Below, piece after piece: positions 9,364 to 21,342 of a stretch of DNA of 64,000 nt. The stretch's first letter is position 1, and each line of letters starts with the position of its first letter. The notes under the pieces are model-generated. The model made no database searches. It was not told the origin of the DNA and saw nothing but the letters and a program-made list of their open reading frames with translations. This stretch comes from Spizellomyces punctatus DAOM BR117 (Eukaryota). Position numbers and translations under genes: made by a program. The stretch is from the NCBI GenBank assembly GCA_000182565.2, contig KQ257462.1; one strand, 5' to 3'.

Positions 9364-11371
9364 ATGCCAAGCGCCAAACGTAAAACTGCAGACGCAGAAA
9401 TTGCTATCTCGACTTCCCCAGAGGACCCTGCGGAAAGCACAAACGCCAAACGCACCCGTCGTTCAACGAGGGCAGCAGCAGCAGCCGGAAAGGAGAAATT
9501 GGCTGCAATGACTGAAACAAAGGAAAAGACCAAGGCTAAAACCCCTCGTAAGAAGAAAGCAGACGAGGAAGAGACGAGTCCAACTAGTCCGACAAAGAGA
9601 ACAAGAAAGAGAAAACAGGATCATATGGGAGGTGATGATGGGAGTGCACCGACAAGTCCTACGAGCCCCAAAGGGAGAACAACCAAAAAGCCCAAAGAAG
9701 AAGAATCCGGAACGGCAGACAGTGGCAAGAAAGACACACAGAATGGAAATGGAGAGGCGAAACATGAGGGTGAGATGAAAGAAGAGCAGGAGAGCAGCAC
9801 GGGGAAGGGCGGTGTTAAAATGGGAAGCCCACAGAAGAAGGATTTGCAAAGCCCTAAAAGTGAGGCGCCAAAGAGCCCAACAAAGGAGAACGTTAAGAGC
9901 CCCAAAAAGGAAGTACCAGAGAGCTCAAAGGAGGAGGAGTTGAAAAGCCCTAAAAGAGAGACGCCAAAGAGCCCAACAAAGGAGAGCGTCAAGAGCCCGA
10001 AAAAAGAGGCACCGGAGAGTCCAGTCAAGAAGGAGAGCGCCGAGACGGGCAGCGCACTTGGAGACTTGGTACCCCCGCCTCCTGGTAAAGGTAATCTAAA
10101 ATCTGATCCCTACTCCTCTCATGATGCCACATACCAATCATCCAAGCATTCCAAAACACTCTTCCAGGCGTCCTAGAGAAAGGTCACATCTTCTTTTTCT
10201 ACAGGCCCAAGGTGGAAAAGTCGGAAGCAAAAGGCCTTGACGACGTCCAACGGTTCTACATTGTCCTCAAACCCGATGTATACCAATTTAAATCTGAAGA
10301 TGACAAGGAATCCCATGTTTACCACGGCCATCGAATCCGGGAAATCATTGTGACTCGCAAAAAACTGCCAGAGATTGGTAGTCGGGCTCGATATTGGGGA
10401 TTTGTTGACCACGTTGTGGATGATGTGAAAGATTTGGAGCAGTACCTTCGAGGGGAGACTTATGAAACGAAGACGAGAGGTTAGTGGGGTTTTCCGCTCA
10501 TTGTTGTGAAAGCTGGAAAAGGCTGACAGGTATGCCCAAGGTACCCGGCATCTCGAACCTGCGCGACCTTGTGGTAAGATAGATTGGCGTGTAGAATAAA
10601 TTCCTCTCTCCCGTATAATGACTTTTCTTGACTTTACTGTCGATAGGTGAAGGGGTATATTCAATTGTGGATCATAACGGTCATACCCATTTAGCCTATG
10701 TATTAACACTGCCAGAGGAACCAAGTAAGTCAGATGTCACGGTTTAGACTGGTACCTTGGACTTCCCTAACGTACTACAGCTGAGGTACAAAAGACCTTC
10801 AACATTGAAAAGGAGGGATCTTTCATCTTGTCGATCAAAGTAAGCAAAGAATCTCCATCAAATGCACAATGACTTCCATGATACGATATTGACGTATAAC
10901 GAATTAGAATCCGGAAACACCCTCTCCACCCTGGGCCGGCCTCGGAGAGCGCCAAAAGTCGAACCTACCACCCAAATTCCTCGAACTCTTCCGGGGCCGT
11001 AGATTCATACCCGCCAACCCGCCTGCACTTCTCGATTTCGATCATGTTGAAATTCTGCTGATTGGTGCTGCGGAAGATGTATCCGAGGATCTTGGGCAAG
11101 CTGGGAAAGGTTTGTTTGTGAACTACCGTTACAATATTTTGCAAGACAATGAGGTCTCACGGTTTTACCTTGCAGAACTTGAAGAAATGGAAGAGGAGGA
11201 ACACAAGGATGTAGTGAAGCTACAGGACGACAAAGTCTTTCAAGAGTACGTACCAAACACTTTAAAACTAATTCTTTCTTGTGACGTCTCTGATTATCTT
11301 TTCTCATGCACAGCCTCCAATTGGACAAGACGAAATTCAAGACAGAGCCATTATTTGGAAAGTGGGCTTAG
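9364..11371 (+). CDS. Conserved fungal hypothetical protein with a Lys/Ser/Pro-rich N-terminus (multi-exon)
   Basis: Exon 1 is low-complexity with KSP repeats. Later exons read ILEKGHIFFFYRPKVE..DDVQRFYIVL, RYWGFVD, YETKTRG, EGVYSIV..HTHLAYVLTLPEEP, EGSFILSIK and end ..EPLFGKWA* at 11371. Confidence 0.7.
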
Positions 11372-11923
11372 GTTGCGCTATTGATTCATATACCTATCCT
11401 GTCTTCCCATGCATAATTACACGAATCACACATTGTTCTGGTACACTTAATTTTTGGACATTTCAAATTGAAGCGATATTATTGTGGAAGGGAACTGTTG
11501 ATTATCCATGTACAGTTTCCGTCCAAATCCAAAGTTAATACGCATATCTGCTGTCTGCGCTACGAACCAACGAGTAGGGAAATTGTGGAGCAGGCGAGTG
11601 AGGTGATACAAAATGATCTCGCAAGGTCAAGCTCGTTGAGTTCGGTAGCCCATTCGTAAATCTTGTATTGATGCAAGAGCTGGGAACCATTCCCTCATAT
11701 ATATAAAGGATTATGAATGTTCCTTTTCAGTGACAGGGCTGACATAACGCTCTACGGTCATCAAGAGAAAACCAAATCACGGTACTCTGTGATTTCAAAG
11801 ATAATCTTCTGATGTACTAAAGATGACAGACGGCCCCAAGTGTCTCCAGCTATGCAGATACCATCCGTAACAAGATTTGGCGGGTCGAATCAACAAAAAA
11901 CATTTTCTTCTCCGTAACCCAAG

Positions 11924-12005
11924 TGCACGCTGTGAGATTCGAACTCACGCCTCTTTCGAGACTGGAACTTGAGACCAGCTCCTTAGACCGCTCGGACAAG
12001 CGTGC
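11924..12005 (-). tRNA. tRNA-Leu (anticodon CAA), intronless, long variable arm
   Basis: Minus strand reads GCACGCTTGTCCGAGCGGTCTAAGGAGCTGGTCTCAAGTTCCAGTCTCGAAAGAGGCGTGAGTTCGAATCTCACAGCGTGCA: acceptor stem, D loop, CT-CAA-GT anticodon loop, TTCGAAT T loop. A T6 Pol III terminator lies at 11895-11900. Confidence 0.95.
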
Positions 12006-12157
12006 TTGTTAAGATTGCAGGTCATATATATTTTCTCTCCATATCACCACTGATCCCATATTGTGCAATTTCTTGTACAAAGAAGAATGGTGACATGAAC
12101 AGCTGTTATCTTGTAGAACCCACCAAACATATATCAATGTAATGTCGTGTTACTCAT

Positions 12158-14048
12158 TTACAGAATTGGCCCTTCCATTGGCCCTTCCCCATTGAATCCC
12201 ATTGCAGTCTGCATATCCTCGTCCCCCTGCTTCCTTGTCTGGCAATGTGATCTCTCTTCACCCTGTATCTCTTCTCCCAATATCACTGTCTTTTGACCCG
12301 GTTGTTCCTCTATCGGCAGAACAGGACTGAGCGCAACTCCCGTTCCTTCCAGTTGGGCAGATAGAGGGCTTCGAGGTAATTGATCCCCTTCTGAATCCTT
12401 ATGATCCAACTTATTTCCTTCCAGCGGCCAGAGTTCTTCCAAAAGCGGGCGCTTCCGGACAGGAGTAGGTGGCGGTTTATCAGCAAGGGCACTTGCTCCA
12501 GTTTCGGACTTGCGTCGCACTGTATGATGATGTACCACACCCGGATCTCCACCTTGTCCACATACTCTAATTTCCTTGAACCACGCATCCTCTTCCACCT
12601 CCGCCAGCGAGCATCTTTTCCCCGGATCTCGTTCCAATAATCTTTGTATTATCCCTTTCATGTGATCTGGCAGTCCTACGATGGCAGGGTGATTTGGGGG
12701 AAACCCTTCTTCGGTTTTAACTGGATGGGCACCCTCTGCCAGCCACCCATCCATTTTCTCATATCCCCAGAACATCAAAAGAAATAGAACTCCACAAGAA
12801 TACACGTCGAGCTTTTCCGGGCTGGAAGGATTCGGAGATATCGGTGATGCACCGGACGAAGTGGCTTCTGGAGCGGACCACAAGTCGGTGACACCGAATG
12901 ATGTCAGCATGTGTATAACATTTTGAGTGTCGGCCGCGGATCCAAAATCGGAGAGTTTTAGCGTTCCATCGGATGTGAACAGGACGTTGCCTAACGATGT
13001 GCACAGCGATGGAGAAGCAGGTTAGAGACAGACCACCCAAGGCGCGTGCAGACACTGCAACCACCGCACATTACCAGGTTTTATATCGCGATGCACAATG
13101 TGGTGAGAGTGCAAGTACAAGATTACGCGAATGAGTTTCTTAAAGTTGCATTGAAGTTCTGCGAGGGGCATTGCACCTTGAAAGAGAAATCGTCATGACA
13201 GACCGCATGCGACCATTCCCAAGTGAAGCGTACCGACGGAAGAAATCATAATGTCTTCAAGACTTCCCCCCGTAGCAAACTCCATTACCGCGTATATTCG
13301 TTTGTTACCGTCAATTGTTTCAAGAGCCTAGTAGCATATAGTCATGAGACATCAATCATTCTAATAGCATAACAGGTGCATTTAGTCTCCTCGTACCTTT
13401 ACCACATTGATGTGGTCCGACACCTTGGTCATTGTCGATATTTCCCTTTCAACTCGCGCTTTGAACTGATACTTTGTCTCGTTCTTTCTCTTTTCGTGGA
13501 CTTTAACTGCAACCACAGATCCATTTGCCATTTGTGCTTTGACAACTCGTGAGAACCCTCCCTGACCCAGTATCTCGGCGCTGCTGCTTTTTACTTGTCG
13601 CTTAAGGTCTTTATCACTGAGCGTCGCCAAGAGAGTCAAAGAAGGCAGCGATTTGTTGCGTGCTTGTCTCGGAGAACCTTCCATATCCTTGAGGTCCGCG
13701 AGACCATCGTTCTGGGACTTTGCACCAAAAGTCTTCCCTACCGTGCTGGTTTTGTACAGCGTCCCACTCGCTGCTCTTGATAGAGTTTTCCCAGCCTTGG
13801 ATATCGTTCCACCCGCTTTTTTCGAAACCTTTCCTCCAACATCTTTAACACCACCGTAGAACTCGTCAAACTGTGCACATTGAAGTGATACACGAATATA
13901 GTTGGAGGGAGATATACAAAAAGGATTTTCAGTTCGCGGGGAGTGAATCCTGACCAGATATTTGTCGCCAAGCGAGGTTGGACAGTAATGTTACCTTTTC
14001 TTTAAGGTCCAAGTCCTTCAGCCGTCCACGGAGCTTGTCAAAGGACAT
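12158..14048 (-). CDS. Ser/Thr protein kinase (multi-exon)
   Basis: Motifs GQGGFSRV, VAVK, EIST, HRDIKP, GNVLFT..KLSDFG, WSAPE, DVYSCGV. Probable start MSFDKLRG at 14048. Confidence 0.85.
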
Positions 14049-14552
14049 GGTGGTCCTCGAAATACGGACAAAGGGGCTCCAAGTCCAGACATAGTGGGTT
14101 GATGCTAAAGATAGAGTTGTGAGTTCGCTAGGGGCCACGCGTGTTTCTTACGGGTTCATCTGAGGGTTCATCGCGTCTTGCATTTTCACAACTGTGCCAC
14201 TCATTGGACCACGTGATAGAATTGGTAAGCAAACAAGTTTCTGCCTCGACGGTATAGAGCTTCTACCATGGTTAAAGTGGATAAATATTGAATGACATCC
14301 CCTTGATGGTTGTCAGCAGAACAAGTACTGATATTATCAAAATATGCACTCTCTACTACAACAACCCGCAGATCGTGCTTTGCCTTGATATACCAGGATA
14401 CCCTACTTATCGATCCTGGATATCCCTCCCTTACTCAAAGGCCGTAGTCCCCCTTCCTCTCGCTAACTAAAAAAAAATGTCACGTATCGTACTACTTTGG
14501 CCAGTCGTCTTTAAACTCGATTGTGAAGAACAGATTCGGTTTATCTCTCAGT

Positions 14553-15431
14553 TCAGCAGTGGCGGTTACCGTCGTGATAATCGCCTCCCGACTTTGCATC
14601 GGAAAGTTGCACCGTGCGTCCAGCCGGCCCCCCGTTAGAGGAGTGACCGTGGCCCTTTCTGCCGCTCGTGGAATCCAAATTGTGTAGCTTCGTCATGCAG
14701 TCCTGGAAGCGTCCCACATCGGTAAGAATTATGATGATGAGGAACGCGGGGCCGTACATCGGGAAGTTCCAGTTGTGGGTTACGGGTATCACTTCGCCGA
14801 GAGCTATGAACCCAATGCAGATATTGGCGGTATAGGCGATTGATCGCGCAAATCCATTCATGTATGTCGTCAGCTTGGTCACCATGCTCACGTTTGTCTT
14901 CGTGGCAGTGGTAGATTCCACGATCTTGTACTGAGTGATCAGGAACAGAACTGACTCGACTGTGCTGTAGTACACCAATACCACCGTCTCCATTGTGGTG
15001 CTGATTGGCGACGGGATCGTTCCGTAGTTAGCTTTCATATTGGTGGCCCAGAAGTAGCTTGCGGTGCCGTGAATGACTATCTGAGTGAGCGTTACGCCCG
15101 CGGCCAGTAGCCAGACTCTCGGGTGGAACGGCTTGCATATGAGAAACGTCCGGTACGCCGAATGATATGTCAGGCAGGCGAAGAAGAAGTCGTAGAATGC
15201 AGTAGCACATATAATTCTGGTGGCAAATCCATCCGGGTTTCCCAGCCCCAAATAGCTCCAGGAGCTACTAACGAACGACATGGAAACGATATAGGAAAGG
15301 ATGGCAATCAGAATCGACGTTTTCATGTGCACGTTCTTCGTCTTGACAATGTTCTCCCAAAACGATAGCAGTACAGTCACCCCAGCAAGGGCACTTCCTG
15401 AACCTATAGCTGAAAGCTGGAGTGGGTCCAT
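14553..15431 (-). CDS. Intronless multi-pass membrane protein, about 7 TM segments (GPCR-like topology)
   Basis: 292-aa ORF from MDPLQL with about seven hydrophobic stretches and a polar C-terminal tail. Confidence 0.65.
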   Translation of the reverse strand: MDPLQLSAIGSGSALAGVTVLLSFWENIVKTKNVHMKTSILIAILSYIVSMSFVSSSWSYLGLGNPDGFATRIICATAFYDFFFACLTYHSAYRTFLICKPFHPRVWLLAAGVTLTQIVIHGTASYFWATNMKANYGTIPSPISTTMETVVLVYYSTVESVLFLITQYKIVESTTATKTNVSMVTKLTTYMNGFARSIAYTANICIGFIALGEVIPVTHNWNFPMYGPAFLIIIILTDVGRFQDCMTKLHNLDSTSGRKGHGHSSNGGPAGRTVQLSDAKSGGDYHDGNRHC

Positions 15432-17733
15432 GTTTTGTGTCGACCGGGTTACTTGGGTGCAGCAACGATATTGTAGTGCAAAAAAGACTTGCAAACTCTA
15501 CTTATATTCTGTGGCTAGTTTTCGTTGTAGTTGGAGCGGAAACGGGGCCAACTCATGGCCTTTATAAACCCCTCGCATATGATAGCATGTATCTTTTTAC
15601 AAATATGCAAGCCTCGTTAACCTTTCCCTGAACATAAATGGCGCATTGACATTCCTTAGAAGGCACCTGAATGTCACCTAAATATTGACGAATTCACGTC
15701 AAAATCCTGGTCTTGCTTTCTTATCCTCGGGGTACGAGAACCTTTGTGCGTAGTCTGCGGAGCAATGTTTGGACCAATAGTGGAGCGTTCTTTGACATGA
15801 TTTGTTAAGATTGTTGCACCATGGGAATAATAGCAAGGTAGAGTAAATCCAAAAGAAGATAAGCGATTCCAAATTAACGTTACCTAAAAGGCGCATGAAT
15901 GTCACATAAACATGGTCACATTGGGTAAAGAAAAACGTTGTCTGGTGCTAAGCTTGGCTACCTATATTTAATTTGTGTAACCCCATATTCACACCAATGG
16001 TAGGCTTTTCATTCCCGAGTTTGTGCTTTTTTTTTTTTGCTGAGAGACATGTGCTTTCTCCCGCATGGACGGATTATGGCTATTCTTAGAATGAAAGAAC
16101 TCGGATATGAACATTTCCGTGACAGACAAACGTCACCCGCGGAGCCATCACGGACACGGATTTGTTTGTCTCCAATAATAACTACAGAATAATGTGCACA
16201 AAGCCAGGGTCGTCCCTTGGATGCTCACATGCAAGCTACTTTTGTTTAGGTATCCGGAATGTTGACATGATAGCTGCTCGAACTAACTCAGCGAGCTATT
16301 ATAGTTCTGTTGCACAAAGCTGGAGGACCTCAAGAGGACTTGGATAATAGTCAGCTTCTCGTGCTTTCTAAAACGACACAAAAACTGAACCAATAGGAAA
16401 CACACGACCGAAATTTCAAAATACTGGGGCGTATCATGCCTTTGCTGATGGCATAACCAAACTGATTAACTCAATTGGTCAAAAAAGCTGTTGGAGGTTG
16501 GTTTGGTGACCCTCTTTACCTTGGATAGTCAGCAATGGCGAGTTTGGCATGTTGAAACAAGCAGATTATACAAGCATGCTTCCTCGGAACGCCTCAAATC
16601 AGATGCGGAAGGAGGCTGCCTTATTTCCGGAGTGTTGGTTGAGATTGAGAGGACGGACATTTTGAAGCACACAATGAGGTAAATATTACTTTTTATGCCA
16701 TATTCATGGTACATTTTCAACAAGATAGTTCTCACCTCATATTCTCAGCTTTACGTCGATGCTTTGCTGCAGTTATGCGTCTCTTCTTCTGCGGCCACTG
16801 CAATCGCTGGTCGCATTCTAATTCAAAATATACTGTATATACTTCAAAGAGACATATCCAACCATAATCTGCATTCACTACCAGAGGTTATACTAATCAA
16901 TTCATCGATTTCTTCAATGGAATTGCTTAAATCATTGTTTTCGCCTCGCAGGGTGTAGGATGGATAGACCGACCACCACGGCAGCGGCGTCACCATGCCG
17001 GACACAATACGTACGGTACAACCCCCAGTTTTGCTGATCCATTCACATCACATGTCTATATGTGGCCAGCACAAGCTTTCCATACCGCAAACCGATAGCA
17101 TAGTGGGCGATGCAAAGCAGAACTTTTTCAATGCAAGATTGACACACTATACGGAGAGGGCCTCATCCATGGGAGATTGCGATCCTCCATAGAGTATTGT
17201 GCGCCTCTACAATCGGAAACATGCAGAACATGTTTGCTGGATGATGATCCCGCGGAGTAATTTATTGCTGCACGTCAACAAATTATGTTAAAGAGGAGTA
17301 CAGGGGGATCATCCGGAGAGCCACTTGCTAGAAAATACTATAAGCGAATGGAAAGGTTAGAATTCCACCCCACGAGAAAGGTGCGACATTTGACAGTGCT
17401 GTTATTTGGAACAAAACTTCATTCTGGGGCAACAATGTTAGCTATAAACCAGCAAACAAAAACATCGCGTTCATACGATAGAGTACTGCGGTAACTGGCT
17501 CGCATAACAGAACTAGCTTATTCTCTAGAGGCATCTTTGTCGATACTAACGTGGACTACTCTACATACCTTCCTCGTGGGGATGGTATTCTAAAATTACA
17601 ATTGGTGTGGTGGAAAGCACTCAGTGCTGGAGCTAAAGTAGACGGGTGGCTGTACTCTTGATTTAGAGGAACCTTGCTGAGAGCGCGTTCTTCAACAGAT
17701 TCTACCGCAAAATTCATCAGGACAGGAATCAAC

Positions 17734-19968
17734 ATGACTATGGACCACAGCAAGATCACCGAGCTCTCAGCGAAGCACCCAAAACTGAACGTCTCGTACA
17801 CGTATGGGACTGCGGGCTTCCGTACAAAGTAAATTGTGCTCGTCACCTTTTCACCATCTCCAATTGGACATTGGTTTGACTTGCACACTTTTCTGTAGAG
17901 CCGACGTTCTAGACTCAGTTATTTTTCGGGTCGGGCTACTTGCGGTGCTTCGGTCAAAGAAGCATGCCGGCAAGGTCATCGGAGTGATGATAACCGCGTC
18001 TCACAACCCTGCCCAAGACAATGGTGTCAAGCTCGTTGAACCCATGGGGGAAATGCTAGCTCAATCGTGGGAACAGTATGCAACGGAGCTGGCCAACGCC
18101 TCCTCGGACGATGCCTTGATTGCAGCACTGCAGAATGTTGTGGAAAAGGAGCAAATTGACCTTTCGAACGAGGCTGTTGTTATTGTCGGCAGAGACACCA
18201 GGTAACGATTGTTGTCACACGAGCGCATCTATCGCGATCGAACCTATAATTTTGTTGAATATGGACAGGCCGAGCGGTGAGGCGTTGGTTGCTGCTTTGA
18301 CCGACGGTGTGCAGGCACTTGGGGGGAAAATCACCGACTATGGATTGACGACTACTCCCCAGTTGCACTACCTTACACGCTGCTTAAATACCCAAGGCAC
18401 GCCAGACGCGTACGGAGAGCCCAGTGAGCAGGGTTACTATCGAAAGCTGGCAGAAGCATTTAAGCGGATAGTGGTAGGACCCTCGCCGAGTCACCGATCC
18501 CAGTCACTAGCAGATGCTCATTTTCTCAAGCCAGTCCGGCAAGCCCAAGTTGTCGACGATTTACGTAGATGCCGCGAATGGCATTGGTGCACCGGCTCTT
18601 CATAAGCTGGCAAAAGTGCTGACCGATGACCTCTTATCCGTGCAAGTGGTGAATGATGACACGGCTACACCAACGAAGCTTAACCACCAGGTAGTGCGGA
18701 CTATCGTCGGCCAATAATTCACATGTGTTAATAACTTCACTACGTCAGAGCGGTGCTGATTTCGTCAAAGTCAATCAAAAGAAGCCGGAGGGCTTCGATC
18801 TGAAGCCCGGCATGCGATGTGCGTCTCTGGATGGTGATGCTGATCGTATTGTGTTTTGGTACGCGGACAATGGTAAGAACCAAGTCGTAACCAAACGCTA
18901 TATCTACCGATATCAACCGAGTGTTAGCCGGAACGTTTAAATTGTTGGATGGAGACAAAATTGCGACGTTGGCGGCCGAATTCATCATGGGGCTTGTGCG
19001 AAAGGCAAAGGTCCCAAACATCAACGTAGGTCTGGTACAAACCGCGTATGCAAATGGTAGTGCGACTGCATATGTCAAGGATACGCTGGTGGGTTATAGC
19101 TTTGCGTGGCTTCTGCAAAGTCATGGCAATTAATGCAACTATGGCTACTAGAAAGTACCTGTTGTCTTTACGCCAACGGGTGTGAAGCATCTCCATCACG
19201 CCGCAGAGGAATTCGATGTTGGGGCGTATTTTGAAGCCAATGGGCATGGAACGGTCTTGTTCAGCCAGCAAGCTATCAAGGCGTTCCACTCCACCACTGG
19301 GTGAGTTAGTTCCCGAGGGGGTCTTTCCGATGAGCTTGCTAACGAAGCTTCAAATCGGATGACAGAAAAACTGCGGAAGAAACGGAAGCGCTTGAGATTT
19401 TAAAGGCATTGACTGACCTGATCAACCAAACGGTCGGCGATGCACTATCTGATCTTCTGATGGTGGAGGCAATTCTGACCTCTCAAGGGCGGTCATTGGC
19501 GGACTGGGATTCTGCGTACTCTGATCTGCCAAGTAGATTGGAGAAAGTCAAGGTGTGTACGCTCCACCAGACGGATATGGTACACTCCTGCCAACACTGA
19601 CGCGGGCGACAGGTGCAAAATAGATTGAACTTTGAGGCCATCAAAGCGGACACAGAGCTTGCCAAGCCAGAGGGCTTGCAGCAAAAGATCAACCAGCAAG
19701 TTGCGAAATTTAAACATGGCCGGTCCTTTGTCCGGTAAGTTATCGTACGAGTGTTTATTGTGGACATGTTTCTGATCTTTGACTGCGGAATATTAGTCCG
19801 TCGGGTACAGAGGATGTCGTTCGCGTCTATGCGGAAGCTGATACACAAGAAAACGCGGACCTGTTGGCAAACATTGTCTGCGGGCTCGTGTACGACCAGT
19901 ATGGTGGCGTTGGAGAACGCCCCGCAAAGTTCAAAAAAGTGGATCAACAAGGGAATATCATAGCTTAA
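17734..19968 (+). CDS. PCM1: Phosphoacetylglucosamine mutase (multi-exon)
   Basis: Motifs [102 protein letters not shown]. Confidence 0.95.
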
Positions 19969-20055
19969 GCAGCCAACAGCCGAGATAGAGATTGTTATTA
20001 GCCGTTAGAGTCCGGAGAAATTGAACAGTGCTGCATAGTTGCGCTATTTACGGCA

Positions 20056-20991
20056 CTATAACTTTGCTGTAGTCTCTGTGGTCTTAAATCTAGGTTCTAC
20101 GCCCTCAATAATGTAACGCGCTATCGCATCCCACGACCCATCTTTGCACGCCTTTTTAAATAGTCCCATGTGACCAACCTCCTTAGCGCCTAGCTCTTTG
20201 GGTTCTACATAATAAAAGCGCACCTTGGCATTCGGCATTAAAGCAAACCACTCATCAAACGCCCGCCTATCCGCACATAAGTGATCATCCGTCGCCGCTA
20301 TACCGATAGCAGATTCAGGTTTAAATGCGTCATATGCGTCCTTCACCTCTGGTTCAGTCGTGCAATACTCGGGACACCGTGTCCACCTTGCCCAATCCCG
20401 GCCGACTCCCAACGGAATATCATCGCAAAGTTTAATTTTCTTGGCCGGAAAGTATCCCGCAACTGCTCCCAGCACTTCTACCATCCAAGGAAACGCAAAT
20501 GTCACTAAAGGTCGAGAGTGATAACCCCAGAATGCGTTATTGCTTGCCGCAAAAATGTATCGGGTTACGAGATGCTTTAGAGGATTCAGGGGGGCAATGT
20601 GCGCTCCCACGCTGTGACCAATGATAACTATGCCCCGATCTGGATACAGAGTGTGGAGGTGAGCGGTTGCCGCGGGTTGATCGTACGTGGCCCAATGAAT
20701 GTGGATATGGGTATTCTTGAGTGCGGCCAACCCGCCTTCCTCTGGAAGGGAATCGCCATGCCCGCGGTAATCGTAAATCAAAACGGGGCAAGAATGAGCT
20801 GATGCCAGATACTTGGCAAAGTTGCTATAGAAGCGTCGGGGCACCCCGGTCGCCGAGTTTATGAGGACCGCTGAGGGTAATGTGGTGGAAGTGGAAGGTT
20901 CGGTAGTTTGCGGGGCAAACAACGTAGCTTTGATGGGAAATGCATCAATGTGCGCTGGAATGGTGATGTCTGAGATTACAGGTTCTGACAT
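20056..20991 (-). CDS. Alpha/beta-fold hydrolase (intronless, bacterial-type predicted esterase)
   Basis: VLINSATGVPRRFY, YDYRGHGDS, nucleophile elbow GHSVG, acid ATDD, catalytic His GHMGLF. Confidence 0.85.
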   Translation of the reverse strand: MSEPVISDITIPAHIDAFPIKATLFAPQTTEPSTSTTLPSAVLINSATGVPRRFYSNFAKYLASAHSCPVLIYDYRGHGDSLPEEGGLAALKNTHIHIHWATYDQPAATAHLHTLYPDRGIVIIGHSVGAHIAPLNPLKHLVTRYIFAASNNAFWGYHSRPLVTFAFPWMVEVLGAVAGYFPAKKIKLCDDIPLGVGRDWARWTRCPEYCTTEPEVKDAYDAFKPESAIGIAATDDHLCADRRAFDEWFALMPNAKVRFYYVEPKELGAKEVGHMGLFKKACKDGSWDAIARYIIEGVEPRFKTTETTAKL

Positions 20992-21342
20992 TGTTGGCGA
21001 AAGTGATAGATTGCGAGTAGAAGATGGCGGAATGGGGAGGCGACAGTGTTCTACTTCAAACGCGCTTCGCTCGCGCGCTACAACTTTTACCCAGATCGCG
21101 ATCACATTACTTAATACTAACCAACTAATTAACATCCAATGAACAAGAAACTATGAAAACACCCATGGAAGAAACTCAAAAGCAGATCTAACCGCTTCCG
21201 TATCCTTTCTACGTTACTTATATCTAACTTACGTATTACGTTTGCAACAGAGGAACTTACAACGTGCCTTAAAGCTGCCACCTGTGGAGCAGAATATATC
21301 AATACCTTCATAGTTTTACTCAATTTTTATTGCTGTGAAACT

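Noticed and set aside
15600-17600. Possible gene or transposon remnant between the TM protein and PCM1
   Set aside because: All frames are interrupted by stops and I recognised no motif or terminal repeat.
19751-19963. Short ORF-track entries overlapping or antisense to real genes (for example this one, 9463-10028 and 61628-62146)
   Set aside because: They are alternative-frame or antisense shadows of identified exons.
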